Under the pieces are notes generated by a model, which saw only the letters and a program-made list of their open reading frames with translations, ran no database searches and had not been told where the DNA came from. 64,000 bases of DNA from the human T2T-CHM13v2.0 reference genome, Homo sapiens. This document shows, one piece after another, positions 16,765 to 31,587 of this stretch. Each line of letters starts with the position of its first letter. Within the stretch, counting starts at the first letter, position 1. The DNA is taken from assembly GCF_009914755.1 (NCBI RefSeq), contig NC_060928.1. One strand, 5' to 3'. A program made the position numbers and the translations under genes.

Positions 16765-19700
16765 ACGGGCACTGCTGGCTATGCATTCACGCTGCTCCTT
16801 CTGCTGGGGATTTCGGGTGAGCCCCCAGAATGGGGTAAGCCTAGGTAGGGACAGGGGCTTCAGACTAGGAAAGGCTGCACAGGGCATGGGTGAGGACCCT
16901 CTGTAGCAGCAAGAATCCATCAAGAGTGCCTCCCATATTCCCCATTCTCCCACTAGGAGGTCTAGGCTGCAGTATGCTATAATCATCCCACTGTACTTCT
17001 AGCCCAGGTAACAGAGTGAGACCTTGTCTCACTCTGTCTTCCCCATTTCATTCAACAATATAACCAGTTACTCAAGACAAATATTGTACCTCACTTCCCC
17101 TCACCTTCCACATCCAATGCACATACCATTCTTGTCAGTTTTACTTCCAAAACTGACAAATGAGGATGAACCAGAGAATCTCTTGAAGTCAAGTAAGACA
17201 CTTCAGGCAGAGGCAGCATGCCTGGATGGACTGAGGGAAGGGAATCTGTGTAAGGAGGAAAGAGGACCTGAGTTTGGGAAATGACCATGGAGGGGTGAGG
17301 GTGGAGGGGCAGGATTCCAGGCTGCATCCCTCCAAGTCTTCTTGCCCTTTGTTGGCAGTCTGTGGGCGGCCCACAGTCTCATCTGGTATTGTCTCAGGCT
17401 GGGGGGCTAGTGTGGGGCAGTGGCCCTGGCAGGTCAGCATCCGCCAGGGCTTGATTCACGTCTGCTCAGATACCCTCATCTCAGAGGAGTGGGTGCTGAC
17501 AGTGGCGATCTGCTTCCCGTGAGTGCTGGCCCTGCTGTGTGGAGACCCATCAGGGCACCTGGGTGACTGCACCGCCTGAGAGGCCGGGGTGGGGCTTATC
17601 GTGCACTGCCCAATACACTATGTTGTGCGTTATTAATGGGTTCAAATACTTCCTACTCTAGCTCTCAGTTCAGTGCAACTACTCTCAGACTTCAGGCTTC
17701 TTCAAATTTAACATTATCTTGATTGAAATGACTACCTAAAAATAGTTACATTCTCCCACCCCATTCCTCAATTCGAAGCCTCTACCCAGGAGACATCCCC
17801 CAGGAAGGGCTCCTTCCCTTACAGCAGCATGCCTACACCTCATACCACTCTTCAGAGGCACAATCCTGAGCCTTCTTCACTACCCCTAAGTTAACTCATC
17901 CATCTTTGTTTTTTTCCTTTTTGAAAGAAAGTGTGCTTACACTTGCCTCTTATTTTAAAATATTTTTATTTTATTTGTATGCATTTATGGAGTACAAGTA
18001 TAATTTCTGTTATATGCCTAGACTGCATAGCAGTGATGTCAGAGCTCTTAAGGTATCCATCACCCAAATAATGTACATTGTACCCATTAAGTAATTTCTC
18101 ATTATCCACCCTCTTCCATTTCCCTTGGTTTAAATGTCATATATTTGCTGATAACACTCGCACTTGCATCTCTAGCCCCAAACACTAGTCCTGATGCACT
18201 TCTATTTGGCATCTCAAGGGTAACATGGTCAGAAAAGGTAATTTTACCACCATCACTGTCCCCCAATCTTTTTCTCTCTCTGCCTTCCCCATTTCATTCA
18301 CCAATGTAACCAGTTACTCAAGACAAATATTGTATCTCACTTTCCCTCACCTTCCACATGCAATGCACATACCATTCTTGTCAGTTTTACTTCCAAAATA
18401 TACTTTGACTCTAACATAGCTACCCCTGGACCTTTGCAATAGTATAATAGGTTTTACTACCTTCAATACACACCAAAAAATGACTTTTTAAAGTTAGAGG
18501 TGAGATAACATCACTCCCTGCTTTGAATCCCCCAGCGGTTGCCCAGGCACCTATAATAAAACCCAAATGACACATTGTGGCCTACAAGCCATGAATCACC
18601 AGGTGTCTGCCCACTTTTCCAACCTCATCCTATTCTCCAGCTTTTCTTTCAGTTCCTGGAGACTGCCAAGCTCTTTCTCACCCTCAAGGCCTTGCATACT
18701 CTATTCCCTGTCTGGAATGCTTTTATCGATCTTAAGGCTGACTTCTTCCTTTTGGGACTCAGTTGAAAAGTTACCTCAACAAGACCTTTCCTGACCATCC
18801 AATAAAGACTCTCCCCGCTTCCTTTACTCTCTACTTTAAAATTGTGTGTTTTCTTCATAACATTTATCACAATTTTAAATTTTGTACTTGTTTGTTGCTT
18901 GTCTCTCTCTCCCTGCCCCAACACACACACACACCCCTACACACCCCTTAAAATTATAGCCCTGTGACGGCCAGATTGTATCTATTTTAATTTCATTTAT
19001 ACTACCAGGAGATGCTCAATACTTTTTGAAGGAATGAAAGCCTCAGAAGAACTAGAGGAAAAATGCCATATCCAGAACAATGGGCTCTGCTATGATGACC
19101 CAGGGCAGAGTCACAAGAAACCCACGGTATCTCTTCTGCTTCTCTTCTCAGGTCTAAGGATGCCAGGAAATACAGTGTATTGGTGGGCTCAGATCTTTGG
19201 TTGTGCAGACTCCAAAATGACGATAATACCTGTGTCCCAGATTATCCCCCCACCCTGATTTCCAAGCAAACACATCTAGTGCCATCGCTGTGGTAGAACT
19301 GCCCTCCCCAGTTTCTGTTAGCCCTGTTGTCCTGCTCATCTGCCTTCCCTCATCTGAAGTCTACCTGAAGAAGAATACAACCTCCTGCTGGGTGACTGGA
19401 TGGGGCTATACTGGAATATTCCAATGTGAGGATACATTGATTTTCTGTGTTCTAACTTCTTCGACTGACATTCTCTCTGCCTGCTCTCTATCCTAGCCCT
19501 AGAGCACCAGATATACTACAGTAATCTGAGGTGCTTCAGACTTCAAATTCTCTGTGACCCTTTGCCTCTTTCATATTTCTTCTGCTATAATCTCTTTGCT
19601 TATTGATACCTGCTTTTGTTCTTGTTTAGCAATAGTGCTGAGACCTTAAAAGTAAAAAGGACAGAGTAATGAATTTAGAGATAGGATAGTTCTGTTCAGT

Positions 19701-20555
19701 CTGAGAAGTAATATAGTTTTCCCTCCATACCTGGGTGGAGTGTGTGTGGGTAGGTGGATAGGGGAAGGAGACATGAAGATGTGTTCAGGAAAGTAAGGAC
19801 ACTCAGCAAAAGTTCCTGACTCAAACTAGCTAGGAGAGTACAGCTTCATTTCTGGGTAATTCTTCTTACTAGATCTACCCCTTATTTCTATAGAAAAATA
19901 AATACATATTCTGAAGACAACTTAAATCCGCATTCTGTTTTGGGTTTTCCTAAATTACAAGATTTTTCTGTTACTAATTTGTGCTATGTGAACAGGAGCC
20001 AACTGCCCACGGTCTTGTTCAGCGCCAGGGAGCTCAGCCTTTAGGTTGTTTCCCAAACCAGAAATCAGGATGCTATCTAACATGGGGCAGAATATTTGAA
20101 ATTAGAGCTTTCTCTGAAAATCAAAGGCACAAAATCTGTATCCATGGCCAGAAGTCACTTTTTAATTAAGACAGCTTTGACTCTTTTTGGCCCTACAGAT
20201 ATCAAGCCTTCTTATACACTGAAGGAGCTGAAAGTGCCCCTCATTGATCTCCAGACATGCGGTGACCACTATCAAAATGAAATCTTGCTGCACGGAGTTG
20301 AGCTCATCATCAGTGAAGCTATGATCTGCTCCAAGCTCCCAGTGGGGCAGATGGATCAGTGTACTGTAAGAATCCACCCCTCAGGCACCTTTCACAGGCC
20401 TTGCCTTCCCCAGTGTGCTTCCTCCACTTCTCATATCTTCAGAGACCCTGGGTGAACCCAGGAGTGTCTGGACAGGCCTAACTGTACAGTTCTTGGCTAA
20501 ACTGTTGAAGAGTTTCACCTCCTTCCCTTTGCTCTATGTACTGTCTAGCCAACAT

Positions 20556-20593
<38 letters not shown>

Positions 20594-20838
20594 GCAGTAG
20601 ATGAGATCCCGTGATGTGTCAAGTTGAAGATTTCTAGGTCCTGGCAGGAGTGGTAAGCCAGGGATCAAACTGCATCCAAACCAGTGGGCCTGGAATATAC
20701 ACAAACATCCATTTCTACAAGTCTTGGATTGAGAAGTCTCCCATCTCGCTTGCTGAGTTTTCTGCTACCCTCAGTCTGGGCCTCTCTGGGCTCCTGCCTA
20801 TTATGCTTCTGCCTCTGATTTTCCTGAGGCCACCTTAA
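16765..20838 (+). pseudogene. Unprocessed PRSS48-like serine protease pseudogene (exons 16765-16816, 17359-17518, 19152-19425, 20199-20365, 20593-20838)
   Basis: Same five-exon structure and intron phases as PRSS48. Lesions: start ATG>ACG, two frameshifts in exon 3, exon 5 acceptor AG>TG, and in-frame stops TGA 20602-20604 and TAG 20635-20637. It keeps WPWQVS, ICLP, CWVTGWG and PGIYT, plus a hydrophobic C-terminus ending FLRPP*. Confidence 0.9.
20556..20591 (+). repeat. (TC)n microsatellite at the paralogue's exon 5 acceptor
   Basis: Pure TC run. Confidence 0.9.
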
Positions 20839-21032
20839 CTGGCTGAGGTCAGTATGCCCTGGGTAAAGTGACAATTGAGAATGAGAGAAAAAGGAAATTC
20901 CAGAGTTGAGGATTCTGAAGACAGATTTTGAAGAGTCAGCAAGACAGACGCAGTTCTGCTGTCCCATAAGCCTAATTTGCTTGTTGCCTTTCCCCCGCAC
21001 AAGTCAGCCTAGTAAACAAGATCCCCAGAGTG

Positions 21033-21038
21033 AATAAA
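21033..21038 (+). terminator. Candidate polyadenylation signal of the paralogue
   Basis: AATAAA about 195 nt after the paralogue's stop codon. Confidence 0.35.
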
Positions 21039-21334
21039 ATTTGGTTGATTCTAACAATTAGTTCTTATATTCATTCTTTTGATGAAATTGAAGACAGAGC
21101 CTGGGGAAGTGCAGAAGCAGAGAACTTGAGGGTTAAAGGAATCTGGACATCACTTAGCCCAACACATTCTATAGGTGAAGATGCTGGGGTCCAGAGGTTA
21201 GTTTGCCACTTACTTAATCCAAGATGAAAACCATCCAACCCTGGGATTAGACTGGATTCTGAGGAAAAAGTAGGGACTTGGAAGATTAGAAGATTTCAGA
21301 TAAAACGGGCCAGGCCGGAGGAGGAGCCCCGGCA

Positions 21335-22450
21335 GTATATTAGTTATCTATTGCAGTACAACAAATAACCCCAACACTCAGTAGCTAAAACAATGAACAT
21401 TTATTATCTCATAGTTTCTGCAGGACAGTTATCTGGAAGACTTAGCTGGTTAGTTATGGTTTAGGATCTTTCAAAAAGCTACTGCTGTGTCAGCCACAGC
21501 TGCAGTCATCAAGGCTCAACTAGGAAAGGATCAGCTTCCAAGCTCACTCATGTGCCTGTTACCATTCATGTGGGCCTCGCTGAAGGAATGCCTTTGGCAG
21601 CTGGCTTCTCCCAGAGTGAATGATCCAAGACAGAGCAATAGAGAACACCCAAAATGGAAGCTACAGTTTTTGTTGTTGTTGTTGTTGTTGTTGTTGTTTT
21701 GGACAAAGTCTCACTCTGCGGCCCAGGCTGGAGTGTGGTGGTATAAACACAGCTCACTGCAGCCTCGACCACCTGGGCTCAAGTGATCCTCCCCACTTCA
21801 GCCTCCTGAGTAGCTGAGACCACAGGTACACACCACCACTCTGAGCTATTTTAAAATTTTTGTGGAGACAAAGTCTTGTCATGTTGCCCAGGGTGGTCTT
21901 GAACTCCTGAGCTCAAGTGATCCTCCTGCCTTCGTCTCCCAAAGTACTGAGATTACAGGCATGGGCAACCATGCCTGGCCAGCCACAGTCTTTTTATAAC
22001 CTAATCTCAAAACTGACAACTCAGCTGGGTGTAGTGGCTCACTCACGTCTGTAATCCCAGCTTTGGGAGGCTGAGGTGGGCAGATCACCTGAGGTCAGGA
22101 GTTCAAGACCAGCCTGGCCAACATGGTGAAACGTTGTCTCTATTAAAAATACAAAAATTAGCCGGGCATGGTGGTGGGCGCCTGTAATCCCAGCCACCCG
22201 GGAGGCTGAGGTAGGGGGAGAATCGCTTGAACCTGGGAGCTGGGGGTGAGCCAACATCCCATCACTGCTCTCCAGCCTGGGCAACAGAGTGAGACTCTGT
22301 CTCAAAAAAAAAAAAAAAAAACCAAACAAAAAAAAAACCCTAACATCTCATTATTTCTTATAGTATTCTATTCTTTAGTAGTAAGTCAACAAGGTGTGAA
22401 TATCAGGAGCTGAAGATCATTGGAGGCCATCTTGAAGGCTGTCTTCACAA
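21335..22450. mobile_element. MLT1-like LTR containing two divergently oriented Alus (- about 21666-21980, + about 22024-22338)
   Basis: MLT1-like text (TAGTTATCTATTGC...TAAAACAATGAACATTTATTATCTC) and Alu consensus. Confidence 0.7.
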
Positions 22451-23407
22451 ACAGAGAGTACAGGAAGAGTCTGGAATGAGAGCCTGAGAAGCTAAGGCTG
22501 ACTGTGTTTAGTAGTCATGGATTAAATTTTATAGTTGTGTTCTCAGGTGTGTTGGTGTTAATGAAGGTGTTTACTAGAGATATTTCCAAAATGTAACATC
22601 CTGTAGACAATCAGAGTAGTCTAAGAACATGTTTCATATGAAAAATATGCTGCCTTATTTTCTTTTTTTCCTTTTTTTCTGATATACAAAGAATGGTTAA
22701 AAACATGGGATCTGATGCTGACCAGAGCTGAGTTGGATTTCATAGGATGCGGATTAAAATACAATAATAGACACAATGCTCTACATTACTTGATGAATAA
22801 AGAATAAAAAATAAGGAAGGAGTTTTGGCAAGACAGTGGAATGAACAACTGCAAAGTGAATATTCCTCATTCTAATTGAATGCTAATAAAATCATTGTTT
22901 AAAAATGATAATTTTCATAAATAATCACAAAAGGTAATTACATAATAATAAATTAATTAAATGTGGGCCATTAAAAAGCTTTCCATACATATAAAAAAAG
23001 AATTCAGAAAAAAACAAATTCCCAAATGCAAAAATTATCAAATTATAAGCAGGATAAAGAATGATTACAATTTATTCTCAAAGGGATACTGTTTATGTCA
23101 GTAACATCTTGTTAGAATTTTTGCAGATGACAACACCACAGAATTTCAAACAAGGCATACTTGACACTGTGGAAAATGCTTCAGCAAAAGAAAAGGTAAA
23201 CTCACTACACATGTGGGATGCTAAATCAGTTGAAAAAAAAAAAAAGAGGATAGAATGTGAGAGAAGATGATGGATCTAGATAGTGGAGCCAAAAAATAGA
23301 AGGAGATAAAAGGAGGTTATAAAATCACAAAATATAACAGTTGGAAGGCACTTTACAAATTATCCGATACTACTCCAAGCTCAAGGCATAAGTTTGCTTT
23401 TTAATAG

Positions 23408-23764
<357 letters not shown>

Positions 23765-24917
23765 CCCTTATACTTATTACAGCAGCTTTGGAAAATTATT
23801 CATTGTTGGGAATGAGGGAATGGGAACTATTTTCACTACACAGTATTGCCCACCCCTTGCCCACAAGAATCATCTAAAACTGAAAGTTAACAAGTAAAAT
23901 AACACACATAATGGATGAGATAGTTACATGTAGGACAAACCTAAAAGATTTTAGTAAATACACACCTCATGTTTTAGGAAGAAGGTAATCTTGGAGACTT
24001 GGGTATAATCTTAAGGCAACGTACTAGGAATGAGATCGTACCGATGAAAGTTTAAATCTAATCAACAGTATTATGCACTGGTTGAAGAAAACCAGGATTA
24101 AGACGGAGGATAGTCAGCATGGAATCTAAGAAGGGAAAAGTCCGTTAACTATATGTGTTCATCAGATTCTAAGCTGTTAAGGGAGAAAGACCCTGAGTCT
24201 AATGAATATAAACTTTAAATTTAAAGAAAAACATGTTCTGTTATAGAAAAGTGGTCTTTCAGTTTTTGTAAAGATGAGCTATTTCATCTTTGTAAGTGAA
24301 ATGCTCGTGGAGATTAGCTACCTCCATTTGTTCTCATTGTAAACCTCTTTAAACCACAACACATTTAGTTGCTCGACTCATATGAAGAAGAGGTGCCCTG
24401 GTTGGGAAAAGTGAAAATTCCGAATAATGGAAATGAATAGCCCTTAGTGAGAATAAATATTCTGGTTCATACATAAGCCTCAGAGTTTAGTGAGTCAGTC
24501 CCTTGAATTTGATCTCTTCTAGGTGCTCTGACAAGGCCTGAAGTCCAGAAGTTAAAAAGCTAAGAACCCAGAGACTAGATTGAGATTACTTGAGTCAAGT
24601 CATGTTGCTTATGGAAGACCTGCCTAAGTGAATTCTCTGGATAACATGACATATCTATCTCATTTCCTAACAATGGCAGGAACTCATATTTACTTTATGA
24701 CTCCTCTGTGTTAAGTACTATGCTGGTCACTTTAAATATTATCTTATTTTGTCTTAACAACTCAAGAAGGTACTATTTAGCCCCGTTTACAAATGAAATA
24801 AAAACACACAAAACTGAGGTTCAAAGAGGCTAAGTAATCTGCCTAAGACTAAACAGCTAATATTTAATTTAACAGATCTAGCCAGGGCTGTCAGACTTCA
24901 AAAATATGGCTTTTTCA

Positions 24918-25228
24918 GCTGGGTGTGGTGGCTCACGCCTGTAATCCCAGCACTTCTGGAGGCCGAGGTGGAAGGATGATTTGAGGCCAGGAGTTTGCAA
25001 CAATCCTGGGCAACATGGTGAGACTCAGTCTCTCTCTAAAAAAAAAAAAAAAAAAAAAAAAATTAGTCTAGCATAGTGGCACGTGCCTGTAGTCCCAGCT
25101 ACTCATGAGGCTGAGGTGGGAGGATTGATTAAGCCTGGGAGGTCAAGGCTACAGTGAGCTGTGATTGCGCCACTACACTCTAGCCTGGGCGACAGAGCAA
25201 GACCCTGTTGTCAAAGAAAAAAAAAAAG
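24918..25228 (+). repeat. AluJ-like
   Basis: Alu consensus with an expanded middle A-run. Confidence 0.88.
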
Positions 25229-26322
25229 GCTCTTTCCACTATACCAAATTACCTCCGTTCATTGTTGGAAAGCTATAAGGTTTTTCCTTACATTACACCA
25301 AAATAACACTTGCCCTTTGGCCCTAGTTATTTGTACCTCTTGTACTTCTTATCTCTATTTGTAGTTCCTTGAGTGAACATAGCTTTTATTTTTCCTTCTG
25401 AATAGATAAAAACAGACTTGAGAAAATTAACTAATGTCCTATTCATCTTTTTGACCTTCTAACAACACGTAGTATCCTGCAAACAAAGTATCAAATCTTG
25501 TTTTTTTCAATTAACAAAATGAGAACTATAGACTATAGAAAGCCAGCTGTCAAAAAAATAGGGAAGAATTCCTTTAGTATGAGAAGTGAATAAACATAAA
25601 AAGGGAAATGTATTTTGTTAGTGACCAAAAGAACAGGTGCATTAGTTGGTGATCAAAATAACCAGTCCCCCCTGTAAAGGGGGACTGGTTTTAAAGGGCA
25701 TTAGTGTTTCAAGCAAGTAGGATGGTGCTCAGAGAAAGATTAGTCCCTGTGGAGGAGATGAGTGCAGTCCAGGGAAACCTGTAGACTGGTCAATAAAGCA
25801 AACAGCCAGGAAGAGAAAGAAGATTGTCTGTGAAAGGTTGTCCAAGGCTTGGCCCTGACATAACAGATGCTAAGTACATGACATGTTGCTTAATGATGGA
25901 GATCCGTCCTGAGAAATGTGTCATTAGGTGATTTCGTCATTGTGTGAACATCGTAGAGTGAAATGACACAAAACTCAGTGATACAGCCAACTACACACCT
26001 AGGTTACATGCTATAGTCTATTGCTCATAGGCTACAAACCTGTGCAGCAAGTTACTGTACTGAACACTGTAGGCAACTATAACACAATGGGAAGTATTTA
26101 TGTATCTAAACATAGAAAAGGTACAGTAAAAATATATTATAAAAGATAAAAACTGGTACACCTATATAGGGCACTTACTGTGAATGGAGCTTGCGGGAAT
26201 AGAAGTTGCTCTGGATGAGTCAGTGAGTGAGCAGTGAGTGAATGTGAATGCCTAGGACATGATAGTACACTACTGTAGACTTTATAAACACTGTACGCTT
26301 AGGCTACACTAAGTGTATTTTT

Positions 26323-27525
<1,203 letters not shown>

Positions 27526-28051
27526 TTACTATAACTTTTTTACTTTATAAACATTTTGATTTTTAAGAACTTTTGACTCTCCTAATAACACTTAGCTTAA
27601 AACACAAACACATTGTATAGTTGTACAAAAATATTTTCTTTCCTTGTATCCTTATTCTATATGCTTTTTTCTCTTTTTAAAAATTTTTTATTTTTACCTT
27701 TTAAGCTTTTCTTTAAAAAAAAAACAAAAACAAAAAAACTAAGACACAAGCACACACATTAGCCTAGGCCTACACAGGGTCAGGATCATCAGTATCACTG
27801 TCTTCCACCTCCACATCTTGTCCCACTGGAAGGTGTTCAGGGGCAATAACATGTATGGAGCTGTCATCTACTATGATAACAATGCCTTTTGCAGAATACT
27901 TCCTGACAGACCTGCCTAAAGCTGTTTTGCAGTTAACTTTTTTTTTTTTTAAAGTAGACAGGGTACACTGTAAAATAATGATTAAAAGTATAGCATAATA
28001 AATACATAAAGCAGTAACATACTCATTTATTATCATTATCAGGTATTATGT

Positions 28052-28448
28052 TGATATAGTTTGGATGCTGACCCCACTCAAATCTCATGTTGAATTGTAA
28101 TCCCCAATGTTGGAGGTGGGGCCTGGTGGGAGGTGATTGGATCACAGGGGTGAGTTTCTCCTGAATGGTTTATTACCATCCTCTTGGTACTATCCTCAAA
28201 ATAGTGTGTGACTTCTGTTCATTAAGTGTATGGCACCTCCCCACTCTCTCTCTTGCTTTCACCATGTGATGTGCCTGCTCACCCTTTGCCTTCTTCCATG
28301 ATTGGAAGCTTCTTGAGGCCTTCTCAGAAGCAGATGCCGCTATGCCTCCTGTGCAGCCTGCAGAACCATGAGCCAATTAAAGCTCTTTCTTTATAAATTA
28401 CTCAGTCTCAGGTATTTCTTTACAGCAATAGAAGAATGGCCTGCCACA
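28052..28448. mobile_element. MST-type (ERVL-MaLR) solo LTR
   Basis: TG...CA ends, MSTA-like sequence, perfect 5-bp TSD TATGT. Confidence 0.85.
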
Positions 28449-28813
28449 TATGTACTGTATGTAATTGTATATGTTATGCTTTTATACAACTGGCAGTCAG
28501 TAGGTTTGTTTATAACAGCACCACCATGAACACTTGAGTAATGCATTGCCCTACAGCTCTAATGTCACTAGGCAATAGGAATTTGTCAGCTCCATTATAA
28601 TCTTATGGAACCAACCTAGTATAAGTGGTCTGAAATGTCATTATGAGGCACATGACTGTATATGGACTAATTCTAGCACTTACTGATTTGTGAAACAAAA
28701 GCTTCACAAAAAATTTCTTGTCCAAGTTCAAAAACTAAAACTAGACTGGACCTTTTAGTACACAAAGGCAAAAGCCAAGGCCTGATATACACGTACTAGA
28801 GAAGTCAATTATT

Positions 28814-29107
28814 CTTTTTTTTGAGACAGGGTCTCAACTCTGTCACCCAGGCTGGAGTGTAGTGTCCCAATCATAGCCCACTGCAGTCTCAACCTCTCAA
28901 GTTCAAGCAATCCTCCCACCTCAGCCTCCTGAGTAACTGGGACTACAAACATGCAACACCCCGCCTGGCTAATTTTTTAATTTTTCTGTAGAGATGGGGG
29001 TCTCATTATGTTGTCCAGGCTGGTCTTGAATTCCTAAGCTCAAGCAATCCTTTCACTTTGACCCCCCAAAGGCCTAGGATTATAGGCATGAGCCACTATG
29101 CGTGGCC
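28814..29107 (-). repeat. AluJ-like
   Basis: Diverged Alu consensus. Confidence 0.85.
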
Positions 29108-29330
29108 TCAGATATTCTTTAGGAGACTGTTTTATAAGGAGAGCTATTCATTTTCCAATATAGTAGACTGATTGATGGGTTGAATTAGAAAACAGACAAT
29201 GGTGTCCATTTGCCCTTTCTGTTAATACAGATAAAAAGCTACAAAACTTGCAAATCTATTGTTTTCCCTGTTTTATCCTCAGGGTGCTCAAAAGAAGACT
29301 GAATTCTTGAAGTAGCATCTTTGCTTTACA

Positions 29331-29530
29331 GCAGTGGTTCTCCCAGGGGACATTTGGCAATGTCTGGGGATATTTTTGGTTGTCACAACTAGGTGTAGTA
29401 GGTATTACTGGCATTTAATAGGTAGAGATTAGGGATGCTGCTTAATATCCTGCAATGAACAGGCTAGCTACCCCACAACAAAGAATCATCTGGCCCAAAA
29501 TGTCAATAGTGCCAAGGTTGAGAAGCCCTG
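29331..29530. mobile_element. MER20 (hAT-Charlie) element
   Basis: CAGTGGTTCTC...GGGGACATTTGGCAATGTCTGG...GGTTGAGAAGCCCTG. Confidence 0.8.
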
Positions 29531-31201
29531 GTCAATAAGTACCATCAACATCAATCCAAGCCATCACCAAGATAAACTGTTTGGGTAGAATTAAATACTT
29601 AAAGCTGAGAAATGAGTTCAATAACAACAATAATAAAAATAACAGCTGCCATTAATTATCACATGCTAAATAGGCCAAACCCAAGCTAAGTATTAACTCT
29701 ATAATATCTCATTTCTTATGAAAATCTTGTGGGATATTATTATTCCTATTTTGCAGCAATTATTATTATATTTATTGTGTATGGCAGAGGTATTTAAAGA
29801 TAACGTTAATGATGGCATAGGGTAATAATCTGGGGACAGATAATCTAAGACCTGAAGACACGGCACGATGAGAGAGGAAGAAACTGTAAGAGCTGTGTTC
29901 AGGAAAGTCCTTGGGGTGAGCATTAAGAACCCACTCTCTTGCTTCCAACTCTTTGGCACTTCCTTATAAGAGCCAGTGAAGCAGTAAAATGGCAGATCCA
30001 ACATGTTTCTTGATTACTGAATAAAAAGGAAGAAACTATTTATAGACAGATAATGTAGGCAAAAGGCAAAGATAAATAGATAAAATACGGTGATAAACAA
30101 GCAATGCATAATTTAATCTTTGAGATCATCAACTGATTCCAGCACCTTCATGGTACAATGGGAAAATACAAGCCTTAGGGAAAAGATGACTTGCTTAAGG
30201 TAATAAGGTAATACAGCCATACCCATGAAAACGAAAGAATAGCACTGTGGGCTGAAAACCAGAGGAACTTTCTCCAAAATGATACATCATTTTAGCTTAG
30301 ATTTAGAAAGGGTTAAGAGGGTCCCACCTTTGTCTTTAGGAATAGATATTTTCTTACAAAGCTAAATGCCATTATCACACCTGTCAAGATTAACAATAAA
30401 CTGGTTTGTTAAATCAGGATCCAAACACACTTATGTCTCTTAAGTGTCATAATCTAGAGCAGTCTCTCTCCCTTTTTTACCTTCACAACATGGACTTACA
30501 ACAGTAACTGGGTCAGCTGCTTTGTAAAATGTCCTACATTCTGGATTTGTCTATTTACTTCCTTAAGTTGTAATCTGACTTACTCCTTTATCCCTTATAT
30601 TTGCTGCAAGTGAAAGTAGCTTTAGAGATTCAGGTTTCACTTTTCTTTTTTTTTTCTTTTTTTTTTTTTAACAAGGATACTTCATAGGGGGTAACATCAG
30701 GAGGCACATGTCTGCCTTGTCCCACTTTTAGTGATGCTAAGAGTGATCAGAGGGTTCAAATGGTAACAGCCTCAGCTCTCTTATCAACTTTTCATCTAAA
30801 GACTTGATAGTCATTCCTTGAATCAATTATTACATGAGGGGCTGTAAGTGGTGATTTTCTAATGCTGCTGGTCCAACTACATTTATTAGTTGGAATTCTT
30901 CTCTCACCAACTAAACCTATTTTGATACTCTGAATTACACTTTATACAGGAAAACTAGGATAACTATTTAATTCTTTCCTTTTACCTTCCAATTTTCAAA
31001 ATAAAGTACTGGTGCCTTAGTTACATCAGTAACTGATGTAGAGTTTATTTCCAACTAAATTTAACAGATACCAAAACTGAAATATCTATTTACAAAACAT
31101 TTAAACAAAGGAGAGGAGAGATTCTGTGAGCAATCCAACTAACATATAAAGGGTATAAGCCAGTACTTCCGATTTGTCCAGTGATGTATTAATAAAAGTC
31201 C

Positions 31202-31587
<386 letters not shown>

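Noticed and set aside
16446-16820. 124-aa ORF as an alternative start for the paralogue
   Set aside because: It is in a different frame from the signal-peptide exon, has no protease similarity, and downstream frameshifts and stops remain regardless.
20595-20600. CAGTAG tandem acceptors as a rescue of the paralogue's exon 5
   Set aside because: Both are out of frame (+5 and +8 nt) relative to the protease frame.
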